From an uncultured Gemmatimonadaceae bacterium (GTDB lineage: Bacteria > Gemmatimonadota > Gemmatimonadetes > Gemmatimonadales > Gemmatimonadaceae): a DNA stretch of 64,000 nt. This document shows, in pieces, positions 42,107-51,610 of this stretch (positions are counted from its first letter, which is position 1; each line of letters starts with the position of its first letter). The notes below the pieces were generated by a model. It made no database searches, was not told where the DNA came from, and was given only the letters and a program-made list of their open reading frames with translations. The stretch is taken from positions 64,001-128,000 of the forward strand of contig CAWBOC010000008.1 of assembly GCA_963790305.1 (NCBI GenBank). The letters run 5' to 3'. Made by a program: the position numbers and the translations under genes.

Positions 42107-44049
42107 GTGAAGCCTGCCACGAGCCTCTCGGATACTGGTCGCCGCGGCGGCGGTGCTCCTGCTCAGCGTCTTTGTCTTTCCGCTGTGGAGCATCTACCTC
42201 ACCGCGCCCCAGTATCCCGAGGGGATCGGGATGTACATCCGGGTCAACACCATTGTCGGCTTGACGGAGTTCGACCTCACCAAGATCAACAACCTCAACC
42301 ATTACATCGGGATGCGGGCGATCGAGCCCGACGCCATCCCCGAGCTGCGCTTCATGCCCTGGCTGGTCGGGGCACTCTCGGCGGCTGGGCTCGTCGTGGC
42401 GGCGCTCGGCCGGCGGCGTGGGCTGTACGCGTGGCTCGGCTCGTTCGCGCTGTTAGGCATCGCCGGGCTCGACCGATTTCTATCGGTGGGCGTACGACTA
42501 CGGGCACAACCTCGATGTCGAGACGGCGATCATCACCATTCCGGGGATGAGCTACCAGCCACCGCTCATCGGCACCAAGCAGCTGCTCAACTTCACGGCC
42601 ACGTCGTGGCCGGCGTTAGGTGGCTGGCTGGCCTTTGTGGCGCTCGGGCTGGGAGTTGTGGCGGCAGTAATCGCAGTCCGAGCCGGGCGGCGGCGCCGTG
42701 CGGCCCACCCTGTCACGGCGGCCGCGGCCGCCCTCGCCGTCGCCTGCGCCGGCCAGGGCACCGTTCCATCGGCGCATGATCAGCACGCGCATCGCCAGGC
42801 GCCCGCGGCGGTAGAGGCATCCCCGCCCACGCGCGTCTCCTCCTCAGGAAACAGAGAGGGCGTACAGCGCGTCACCGTCTCGCCAACGGGTGAAGTCCGC
42901 ACCGTCGCGGCCGCGATCGCACGCGTGCGCCCGGGGGGCGAGATCACCGTCGAGCCCGGCGTCTATCGCGAGCCCACCATTGTCGTCGACAAGCCGGTGA
43001 CGATCGTGGGCCTTGCTGGCGCCGTGCTCGATGGCGAACGCCAGCGCCCGATCATGACCATCACCGCCGATGACGTCACCGTGCGAGGGCTCGAGCTCCG
43101 CAACGTGGGCACGAGCTTTCTCGAGGATCACGCGGCCATTCGCGTCGCGAAGGCAAGCCGCTGCGTGATCGAGAACAATCGCATCGACGAAGCGTTCTTC
43201 GCCATCTACCTCGCCGGCGTGTCCGGCTGCCGCGTCGCCGGCAACATCATTCGCGCGACGCCACGCACCGAAGCCACATTGGGGAACGGCATTCACCTCT
43301 GGAGCACGAGCGACACCGAGATCTCGGGGAATCACATCAGCGGCCACCGCGATGGGATCTACTTCGAGTTCGTCCACAACACGACCGTGCGCCAGAACGT
43401 CAGCGAGCAGAACCTTCGCTACGGCCTCCACTTCATGTACTCCGACGACTGCGTCTACACGCAGAACAGGTTTCGGAAAAACATGGGCGGCGTTGCGGTC
43501 ATGTACACGAAGCGCGTCACGATGACGGGCAACCGCTTCGAGGACAACTGGGGCAGCGCGTCGTATGGCCTTCTTCTCAAAGAGATCTACGACTCGGAGA
43601 TCCACGGGAACCGCTTCGACCGCAACACCGTCGGCATCGTGGCCGACGGCGCCGTCCGCGCCGTCATCTCCGGAAACGACTTCGTGCGCAACGGGTGGGC
43701 GCTGCGGCTCCTCGGCAGCACCTACGACGGCCGCGTGGAGCAGAACAACTTCGTCGGCAACACGTTCGACCTGACGACCAATGGTGCCGGCGGAGCGGCG
43801 CTCGCCGGGAACTACTTCGACTCGTATCGCGGCTACGACCTCGATCGGGATGGGCTGGGCGATGTCCCGCACCACCCGGTCCGGCTGTTCTCGGTGATCG
43901 TCGAACACAACCCTCCAGCCATCGTCCTTCTTCGCGGGTTTTTCGTCGACGTGCTCGATGTCGCGGAGCGGGTGCTCCCTTCCCTCACGCCGGCAACACT
44001 CGTCGATGACCGGCCGGCCATGGGTCATCTGCCCCGGAGCGCGTCATGA
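42107..44049 (+). CDS. nosD: Clade II NosB-like membrane domain fused to NosD; frameshifts near 42125 and 42470
   Basis: PLWSIYLTAPQYPEG, NNLNHYIGM and YQPPLIGTKQLLNF, continuing in frame into NosD GNGIHLW, RDGIYFE, RYGLHFMYS. Confidence 0.85.
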
Positions 44050-44762
44050 TCGGCATTCGCGACCTGGGCAAACGGTTCGGCCGATCCGAGGTGCTCCGCG
44101 CGATCGACCTCGAGGTTCGTCGTGGCCGAGTGACGGCGATCGTCGGGCCTAACGCGGCGGGGAAGACGACGCTGCTCAAGATGATCCTCGGCCTCACCCG
44201 CCCCGACCGTGGAGAGCTCATCTTCGACGGCGTGCGGGTGAACGGCGATCCCGCCTATCGAAGCCGCATTGGGTACATGCCACAGAGCCCGCGCTTTCCC
44301 GATCACCTCACCGGCAACGAGCTGATCGCGCTCATGACCGATCTGCGCGCTCCGGCGACTCGCCCGCTCGACCGCGAGCTCATCGATCTGTTCGGCTTGC
44401 GACCCGAGCTCGACAAGCCATTGCGCACGCTCTCCGGCGGCACCCGGCAAAAGGTCAACGCCGTTCTCGCCTTTCTCTTCGATCCGGAGCTGCTGATTCT
44501 CGACGAGCCCACGGCGGGTCTCGATCCCGTCGCCAGCGGCGTCCTCAAGAGCAAGATCGCGCGCAGCCGCACGGCCGGGAAAACGTTCATCCTCACGTCG
44601 CACATCATGAGCGAGCTCGAGGAGCTCGCCGATGACGTCGCGTTCCTGCTCGATGGACGGGTCCAGTTCGTCGGCGCCCTGCACGATCTCAAGCTGCACA
44701 CTCGCGAATTCACGCTGGAGCGCGCCGTCGCCAGCATCATGACCTCCATGCAAGCGGCCTAG
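44046..44762 (+). CDS. nosF: ABC ATPase NosF
   Basis: GPNAAGKT, LSGG, DEPT; follows nosD. Confidence 0.88.
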   Translation: MIGIRDLGKRFGRSEVLRAIDLEVRRGRVTAIVGPNAAGKTTLLKMILGLTRPDRGELIFDGVRVNGDPAYRSRIGYMPQSPRFPDHLTGNELIALMTDLRAPATRPLDRELIDLFGLRPELDKPLRTLSGGTRQKVNAVLAFLFDPELLILDEPTAGLDPVASGVLKSKIARSRTAGKTFILTSHIMSELEELADDVAFLLDGRVQFVGALHDLKLHTREFTLERAVASIMTSMQAA

Positions 44763-44774
44763 CCGCCCAACGCG

Positions 44775-45575
44775 ATGACCGCACTCACGACCGCGATCAA
44801 AGTGGTGAAGTTCGAGCTGAGCGACCTGGCGCGAAGCCGCTGGCTGCTCGCCTACGTCATCAGTGTCGCGCTCGTCACCGACGCATTGCTCCGCTTCAAC
44901 GGGGCCGACCAGCGCGCCGTCCTCGGTCTGGTCAACGTCGTGCTCCTGATCGTCCCGCTCGTCGCCGTGACGTTCGGGACCATGCACCTGTACGCGCGAC
45001 GGGACTTCATCGAGCTCCTCCTCGCCCAACCGCTCCGCCGGCCACACATCTTCCTCGGCCTCTACCTCGGCCTAACGATTCCGGTGGGTCTGGGCATGGT
45101 CGTGGGCGTCGCGGTGCCCGCGGCGTGGCACGGGGCGTGGACGGCATTGCTCGCCGGAGCCCTCGTGACGCTCCTCGCGGTTGCGCTGGCGCTCACCGCG
45201 GTGTTCGTGGCGCTCGCGTTCTGCATTGCGGTCCGATGCGAGGACAAAGTGCGCGGGCTCGCCATTGCCATGGCGGTCTGGATGGCGTTCGCCGTGCTGT
45301 ACGACGGAGCGGTGCTGCTGCTGGTGTCGATCTTCGCCGATGCGCCGCTCGAGCGTCCGGTCCTCGCCGCGATGCTCGCGAATCCGGTCGACCTCGCTCG
45401 CGTGCTGCTCCTGCTGCAACTCGACATCTCGGCGCTCATGGGCTACACCGGCGCCGTTCTCAAGAACGCGTTCGGAAGCGTGCAGGGCGTGGTCCTCGCG
45501 ACCGCCGCCCTGTCGCTATGGGTCGCCGTGCCACTCTGGCTCGGCGGCAGATCGTTCGTCCGGAAGGACTTCTAA
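44775..45575 (+). CDS. nosY: ABC permease NosY
   Basis: Six TM segments; ELLLAQP, NPVDLAR, MGYTGA. Confidence 0.88.
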   Translation: MTALTTAIKVVKFELSDLARSRWLLAYVISVALVTDALLRFNGADQRAVLGLVNVVLLIVPLVAVTFGTMHLYARRDFIELLLAQPLRRPHIFLGLYLGLTIPVGLGMVVGVAVPAAWHGAWTALLAGALVTLLAVALALTAVFVALAFCIAVRCEDKVRGLAIAMAVWMAFAVLYDGAVLLLVSIFADAPLERPVLAAMLANPVDLARVLLLLQLDISALMGYTGAVLKNAFGSVQGVVLATAALSLWVAVPLWLGGRSFVRKDF

Positions 45576-45600
45576 CTCACGAAATGGAGACTGTGATCGT

Positions 45601-46053
45601 ATGAAGAGGCAATGGTGGTACGCGCTCGCCGCGGCTGGAACGGTGATGGTGACGGCTTGCGGCGGGGACCGCGCTCCAGCCGATGAGCCGGCCACATCTC
45701 AACCGGCCGGGAGCGTGACGTCGGCCAGCGGCCCCGCGAGCCCCGATGCCGGTGGCAAGATCATCCTCGTCGAGATGGAGACCGACGCGGCCGGCGTGAA
45801 CAAGTTCGAGCCGGCCAACTTCGAGGCCAAACGGGGCGACGTGATTCGGTTCACGCTGATCAGCGGCGTGCATAACGTGCATTTCCTGGCGGATTCCAAT
45901 CCCGGAAAGGCGGGACTTCCCACCGCCGGCCCGTTGCTCCAGCTCCCGCACAGACGTACGACGTCAAGGTCACGATGGGAGCCCGGCTCGTACTACTACC
46001 AATGCGATCCGCACGCCCTGCTTGGCATGACGGGACGGGTAACGGTGATGTAG
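45601..46053 (+). CDS. Plastocyanin/azurin-like blue copper lipoprotein; frameshift near 45950
   Basis: Lipobox VTAC; HNVHF and CDPHALLGM type-1 Cu ligands. Confidence 0.85.
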   Translation: MKRQWWYALAAAGTVMVTACGGDRAPADEPATSQPAGSVTSASGPASPDAGGKIILVEMETDAAGVNKFEPANFEAKRGDVIRFTLISGVHNVHFLADSNPGKAGLPTAGPLLQLPHRRTTSRSRWEPGSYYYQCDPHALLGMTGRVTVM

Positions 46054-46057
46054 GGCA

Positions 46058-46161
46058 GAGGTCGTCGAGGGTGCTCAGGGTGCTCAGGGTGCTCAGGTCA
46101 AAGCGGTTTCCCCCTGAGCACCCTGAGCACCCTGAGCACCCTGAGCACCCTCGACGACCTC
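46058..46161. repeat. Palindrome of (GGGTGCTCA)n 9-mers between convergent genes
   Basis: Read directly. Confidence 0.9.
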
Positions 46162-47285
46162 ACTCCACCACCAGAAACCCGATCGCGCCTTTCTGTCCGT
46201 GCCCGAAGCCGTGATTGACGAACGGGAATTCTCCGGGGATGTCGCAGACGAGCTCGAACACCATCCCCTCCACCGGCGGGCACGGCAAAGGTCTGCGCAC
46301 CTCGGATAGGCACCTCCGGCGGAGCACCCAGATACACCCGATCGAATTGCTCACCGACGACATGGAAGGCGCACTGATGCGTCGGCCCCGCGCTGATCAC
46401 GTACATCCGCACGCGATCGCCCACCTTCACGCGGATCGGCTCGGCCACGTACTGTGACGGTCGACCATTGAACGCCACGTAGTCGGGCATCGTCGACTAG
46501 CATCTCTGACGTAGTCGAAAGCCTGAACTCCGCCGGCCGCGGGACTGAGGTAGTACTCCGACTGCACGAGCACGAATTCCTTCGCCGGCGAGAGAGGCGT
46601 CGGCGGATCGACGATGATCGCGCCATACATGCCGCTGCCGATGTGCATCAGCACGGGCGCCGAGCCGCAGTGATACTTGAATGCGCCCGCGTATTTCGGC
46701 CGAAAGGTGAATGAGACGGATTCTCCGGGAACGACTGACCGAAACGCGGTCTTGGGATCGAGCTGCGCCGCGTGAAAGTCCATCGAGTGCGGGAGCTTTC
46801 CGCGATTCGTCAACGTGAACTCGACGGTGTCGCCAACGCGGCATTGCACCGTCGGGCCAGGGATGTCACTCTCGAACGTCCATGCGGCGACAACGACCTC
46901 GGGCGTGATATGGATGGGAACCTCCGTCGCACTCCAGGCAAGGCGGTGCGTGCGGCTCGACGAGGGCGGAGGCAGCACGGGATCCCAGCGACGATATGCG
47001 ATCGGTTGAACACCCGTGGCCGCGCCCTCGGCGGTGGACGTCGTGTGGCCGCGAACGTCGTGCGTATCGAGACGGCTGTTCGGGTTTTGCAGCGTGATGG
47101 TCGAGGGCTGTTGCGCGCCCGACGTGTCGGACCTCGTGCGATCCTCACCCTTATCACTGCACCCCGCGAGCGCCCCTGCGAGCCGGAATCACCAGCCCCA
47201 GCTTCGACGCGCGCGCCAGAAACGCCCGGCGATCGGTCGATTCGGAGACGACATCGGAGAGCAACGTCAGTGACTCGTTCGGCAT
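46160..47285 (-). CDS. nirK: Copper-containing nitrite reductase-like protein, Tat-exported; several frameshifts
   Basis: DRRAFL Tat motif; HSMDFHAA, YHCG...HIGSGM, FHVVGEQFD, FVNH. Confidence 0.72.
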
Positions 47286-47314
47286 GGGGCGCTCCTGAGT
47301 GGCGAGTGGCGGTG

Positions 47315-47329
47315 TGAGGGAAACCCCTA
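47315..47329. promoter_or_regulatory. Putative regulon box TGAGGG-AAA-CCCCTA
   Basis: In the divergent nirK/MCO intergenic region. Confidence 0.5.
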
Positions 47330-47445
47330 CAGCGATGTCACGCATCTGCCGCGCGGACGGCCCCCGTTACCCGACAGATGTGCGCGGATGCTCTCCATAG
47401 GTTGGGGCAGCAGGAAAACGCCACCGACCTCGAGAGAACAGCACC

Positions 47446-48543
47446 ATGTCGAATACAAAACCGACGATGACTTCCGACGCCGGCCGCACCCGCCGGGATT
47501 TTCTTCGCAAGAGCGTGATGACGGCCATCGCGGCGCCAGTGGCCGTGTCGGCACTGGCAAGCTGCAAAGACAGCGCCGCGCAACGCACCGCCACGGCGAG
47601 CGACAGCGACCATAGCGGTGGCGCCACGGCACCGCATCCGTCCACACCGGCCGCTGCGCCGGTCGATCCACGCGCGCGTGCCGATCAGATGGACGCAATG
47701 CACGAGAAGGGGATCAAGGCATTTCCCGCCAAGACCGAAGGCAAGGGGAATCAGCTTCTCACCCCCCGCGTCGTGAATGGCGTGAAGGTCTTCGACATCA
47801 CCTGCAAGGTCGTGCAATGGGAAGTCGAGCCCGGAAAGAAGGTCGAGGCCTGGACATTCAACGGCGTCGTCCCAGGGCCACAGATTCGCGTCACCGAAGG
47901 CGACCGGATCCGGATGATCGTGAAGAACGAGCTGCCGGAGTCCACGGCCGTCCACTTTCACGGCGTGGAGATGCCTAACGCCATGGATGGCGTACCGTTC
48001 ATCACCCAGCCGCCGATCAAGCCCGGTGAGACGTTCACCTACGAGTTCGTCGTTCCGAATGCCGGCTCGCACATGTACCACTCGCACCACAACGCCGCCA
48101 AACAGGTCGGCATGGGGATGCTCGGCGCCTTCATCGTCGCGCCGAAGCGGGCGCGCGCCATCGAAAAGGTGGACGTGGACTACGTGATGATTCTGAACGA
48201 TGGCTTCCACGGATACACGCTCAACGGCAAAGGCTTTCCCGCCACGGAGCCGGTCGTGGCGAAGCTCGGCCAGAAGGTGCGTCTCCGCTTCATGAACGAG
48301 GGGATGATGATTCACCCCATGCACCTTCATGGGATGCACATGACCGTCATCGACAAGGACGGCTGGGCGCAGCCTGCGCCGTGGAAGTGCGACACGCTCA
48401 ACATCGCGCCGGGCGAGCGGTGGGACGTCATCGTCCACTGCAACAATCCCGGCACCTGGGCCTTCCACTGCCACATCCTCCCGCACGCGGAGTCGGAGCA
48501 TGGGATGTTCGGGATGGTGACGGCGCTCGTGGTCCAGCCGTGA
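47446..48543 (+). CDS. Two-domain multicopper oxidase (small-laccase type B), Tat-exported
   Basis: RRDFLR; HFHG, YHSH, HPMHLH, HCHILPH. Confidence 0.88.
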   Translation: MSNTKPTMTSDAGRTRRDFLRKSVMTAIAAPVAVSALASCKDSAAQRTATASDSDHSGGATAPHPSTPAAAPVDPRARADQMDAMHEKGIKAFPAKTEGKGNQLLTPRVVNGVKVFDITCKVVQWEVEPGKKVEAWTFNGVVPGPQIRVTEGDRIRMIVKNELPESTAVHFHGVEMPNAMDGVPFITQPPIKPGETFTYEFVVPNAGSHMYHSHHNAAKQVGMGMLGAFIVAPKRARAIEKVDVDYVMILNDGFHGYTLNGKGFPATEPVVAKLGQKVRLRFMNEGMMIHPMHLHGMHMTVIDKDGWAQPAPWKCDTLNIAPGERWDVIVHCNNPGTWAFHCHILPHAESEHGMFGMVTALVVQP

Positions 48544-48548
48544 AGGCG

Positions 48549-49625
48549 ATGGGCATTCAGGGGATGACGCTGGTGCTGCCGGTGCGACGGACCACGAATG
48601 GGCGGCGCGCGGCGCACCTCCCACGGCCGGTCGTCGCGTTCCTGCGAGTTCCGCTCGTGCTCAAGCTGGTGGGAGCGAACCTCGTCATCGCGCTGGCGAC
48701 GGTGGTCGCGGCAATGCTGGCGTACGGGACGACACTCGCCGACAGCCGGGTCGTAACGCTCCTCATCGGGGCTTTGATCATCGCCCAGGTGGTCAATGCC
48801 GCGCTCGTGATCATCGCGCTCCGCCCCCTGCATGCTCTCGAGGATGCGGCTGAGCGGATCGTGTCGGGCGATACCAGGGCCCGCGTTCCCTACTCGCCCC
48901 TCGCCGATCGCGACATCGTGCGAACGGGCCGAGCTTTGAACCAGCTGCTCGACGAGCTCATGCAGGAGCGCGATCGTATCCGCGGCATGGCCACGAAGGT
49001 CATCCGGGCGCAGGATGAGGAGCGCGCACGCATCGCTCGCGAGCTGCACGACGCGACCGCCCAGACGATGGCCGCCGTGGTGCTACAGCTCAGCGTCGCC
49101 GAGAGCGCGTGTGATGACGAGGAGCTGGCGACGAAGCTGCACGAGACCCGCGACACGGCCACTGAGGCGCTCGAGGAGATTCGGACGCTGTCGCACACGA
49201 TTTATCCGCGCGTGCTCGAGGACCTCGGCTTGCGCGCCGCGCTCGATTGGCTGGCGCGACGGACGCGGGAGACGAGCAGCCTCGAGGTGGGCGTCACGCT
49301 GCGCGGCGCTGGCAGCGTTCCCGCCACCATCGCATCGGCGCTCTATCGGGTCGCGCAGGAAGCGCTGCTCAATGCGGTGCGACACGCGTCGGCGACGACG
49401 GTCGAGCTTCGGCTCGATGTGGAGCCGGAATACGTTTCGCTGGAGATCGAGGACAATGGCAACGGGTTCGTCGTGCGTGATGGAGAGGCCCGGCGACCCG
49501 GGATGGGTATATTTTCCATGCGGGAGCGCGTGGCACTGGTCGATGGCGTGCTGGACATTGATAGCGCGCCCGGGCGAGGCTGCTGCGTGCGCGCGCATAT
49601 TCCCCTGGACGAACAGAGGCTCTGA
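48549..49625 (+). CDS. Membrane sensor kinase, HisKA_3 (UhpB/NarX-like) with HAMP
   Basis: ERARIARELHD, QEALLN, DNGNGF, GMGIFSM. Confidence 0.9.
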   Translation: MGIQGMTLVLPVRRTTNGRRAAHLPRPVVAFLRVPLVLKLVGANLVIALATVVAAMLAYGTTLADSRVVTLLIGALIIAQVVNAALVIIALRPLHALEDAAERIVSGDTRARVPYSPLADRDIVRTGRALNQLLDELMQERDRIRGMATKVIRAQDEERARIARELHDATAQTMAAVVLQLSVAESACDDEELATKLHETRDTATEALEEIRTLSHTIYPRVLEDLGLRAALDWLARRTRETSSLEVGVTLRGAGSVPATIASALYRVAQEALLNAVRHASATTVELRLDVEPEYVSLEIEDNGNGFVVRDGEARRPGMGIFSMRERVALVDGVLDIDSAPGRGCCVRAHIPLDEQRL

Positions 49626-50320
49626 TGACTGGTGACCTGATTCGCGTCGTGCTCGCCGATGACCACACGATCGTCCGCGCCGGGCTCAAGGCAGTGCTCG
49701 GCAGCGCCAAGGACATCTCCGTCATCGGAGAGGCATCGAACGGCGTCGAGGCGATCGCGCTCGCCGAGCGATTTCATCCCGACGTCATCGTGATGGACCT
49801 GTCGATGGGCGAGATGGATGGGATCCAGGCAACCAAGGCGCTGGCGGCCAAGGGCCCGACCCCGCGCGTGCTCATCCTCACGATGCACGCCGAGGAGGAG
49901 TATCTCGTTCCGCTCCTCGAGGCCGGTGCCGCAGGCTATCTGGTGAAGAGCGCCGCCGATCGCGAGCTCGTGGATGCGGTGCGTGCCGTCGCGCGTGGCG
50001 ATCTGTACGTGCGTCCCGCCGCCGCCCGCGTCCTCGCCAGGGGAATCAAGAAAAAGGACGAGCACGCCGATGAGCGCACGCGCTTCGAGAAGCTGACCGA
50101 CCGCGAGCGTGACGTCCTGCGCCTGATCGCCGAAGGCTACACGGCGCCGGAAATCGGCGAGAAGCTCAACATCAGCCCGAAGACAGTCGACACCTACAAG
50201 CAGCGCATCAACGAGAAGCTGGGCCTGACGCACCGCGCCGACTACGTGAAGTTCGCGCTCAAGCTCGGCATTCTGCACAGCGACGACGCGCCGACGCGGC
50301 CGGCGGGGCCGAGCCACTGA
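49625..50320 (+). CDS. NarL/LuxR family response regulator
   Basis: ADDH, MDLSM receiver; LTDRERDVLRLIAEG...SPKTV HTH. Confidence 0.93.
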   Translation: MTGDLIRVVLADDHTIVRAGLKAVLGSAKDISVIGEASNGVEAIALAERFHPDVIVMDLSMGEMDGIQATKALAAKGPTPRVLILTMHAEEEYLVPLLEAGAAGYLVKSAADRELVDAVRAVARGDLYVRPAAARVLARGIKKKDEHADERTRFEKLTDRERDVLRLIAEGYTAPEIGEKLNISPKTVDTYKQRINEKLGLTHRADYVKFALKLGILHSDDAPTRPAGPSH

Positions 50321-50362
50321 GGACGGCGAGGTAATCGAGGTCGTCGAGGCTGTCGACATCGA

Positions 50363-51569
50363 TTACCTCGACGTACTCATCATCTGCGGCAGCCGAAGCG
50401 TGAACACGGCGCTCGGTTCCTTTACCCACGCCCTCGACCGTGATCTCCCCGCCCATGAGCCGCGCCAGCTGCCGCGCCACGGCGAGCTCGAAGCCAAACC
50501 CTCGACCGCGCGCATGCACCCCGACCGCGATCGGCGGATCGAACAACGACTCGACATCCGAGGCCGCCACCGACGGCCCGGCGTCTCGCACGCGCAACTC
50601 GGCGGCGCCGTTAGGTGCGGACGTCAGCTCCGCGGACACTTGCGACCGCTCGGGGCTCATCGCGATCGCATGAGCCAGGAGGTTGAGCAGAAGCTGTCGC
50701 GTGCATGCGCCATCGAGCTCGACGAACAGCGGCCCCTCGGCGAGCACATCGAGCGAGACGCCGCGCGCCCCTGACTCGGTCTGAAGATCGAGGGCCGACT
50801 TCCGCACGAGGTCGGCGAGATCCACGCGCTCGGCGTGAAGGACGATGCCCCCTTCCTGGATGCGGGTGAGCGTGACGAGATCTTCCACCAGGCGCGCCGA
50901 CTGCGCGGCGCTCCCGGCGATGTGCGTCACCCCCGCGATCCACTCCGCCTGCGACGAGGGGGGCGTGTGCAGCAGCGTCCCCGCCCAGAGCCGCACGCCC
51001 GCCAGCGCGTTTCCCAGCGCGTGGCTCGCGGCAGAGGTGAGACGCTCACTTCCCGCGCGCAATCGCGCCCGCTCGATGGCGACGGCTGCCTGCGTCGCCA
51101 GCACCTCCAGGAGCGCGAGGTCCTCCTCGCTGAACTCGTCGGCGCCGATCTTCTCGGTCACATAGAGATTTCCAAACACGCGCCCCTGCGCCATGACCGG
51201 AACGCCCATGAATGAGCGCATGCGCGGGTGATTGGGCGGCACGCCCGCGGACGCGGGATGCTGGCTGAGATCGCGAAGCCGCAGGGGACGCGCATCGGTG
51301 ATGAGAAGCCCAAGAATCCCCTTTCCCTTCGGAAGAGCGCCGATCCGCGCATGCAGCTCTTTGGGCATCCCCGACGTCAGGAAGTCGGAGAGCCCCGTTC
51401 CTTCGGCATTGATGACGCCGAGCGCCGCATAACGGGCGCCCACGATCTCGCGGGTAACGTCGACGAGGATCTGAAGCACCTGTCCGAGCGACAGCGCCGA
51501 GCCGAGCGCGAGGCCGGCCTCGATGAGCGCGCTTCGGAGGCGTGTGGGATCCTGATCGGCGGAGGGCAC
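50363..51569 (-). CDS. DosS-like GAF sensor kinase with degenerate kinase core; frameshift near 50410
   Basis: ARYAALGV, HPASAGVPPNHPRMRSFMGVPV, GNLYVTEK; H-box SHALGN. Confidence 0.8.
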
Positions 51570-51610
51570 GGCCGGGATTCTATGCGGTTGAGGACCGAAC
51601 GGCGAGACGT

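Noticed and set aside
40055..47285. nosZ and nirK as pseudogenes or programmed frameshifts
   Set aside because: Single-base indels also hit rhlE, the aconitase, LysE, the LDT and the ccm genes while catalytic motifs stay intact. This fits long-read consensus error best, though it cannot be proven without reads.
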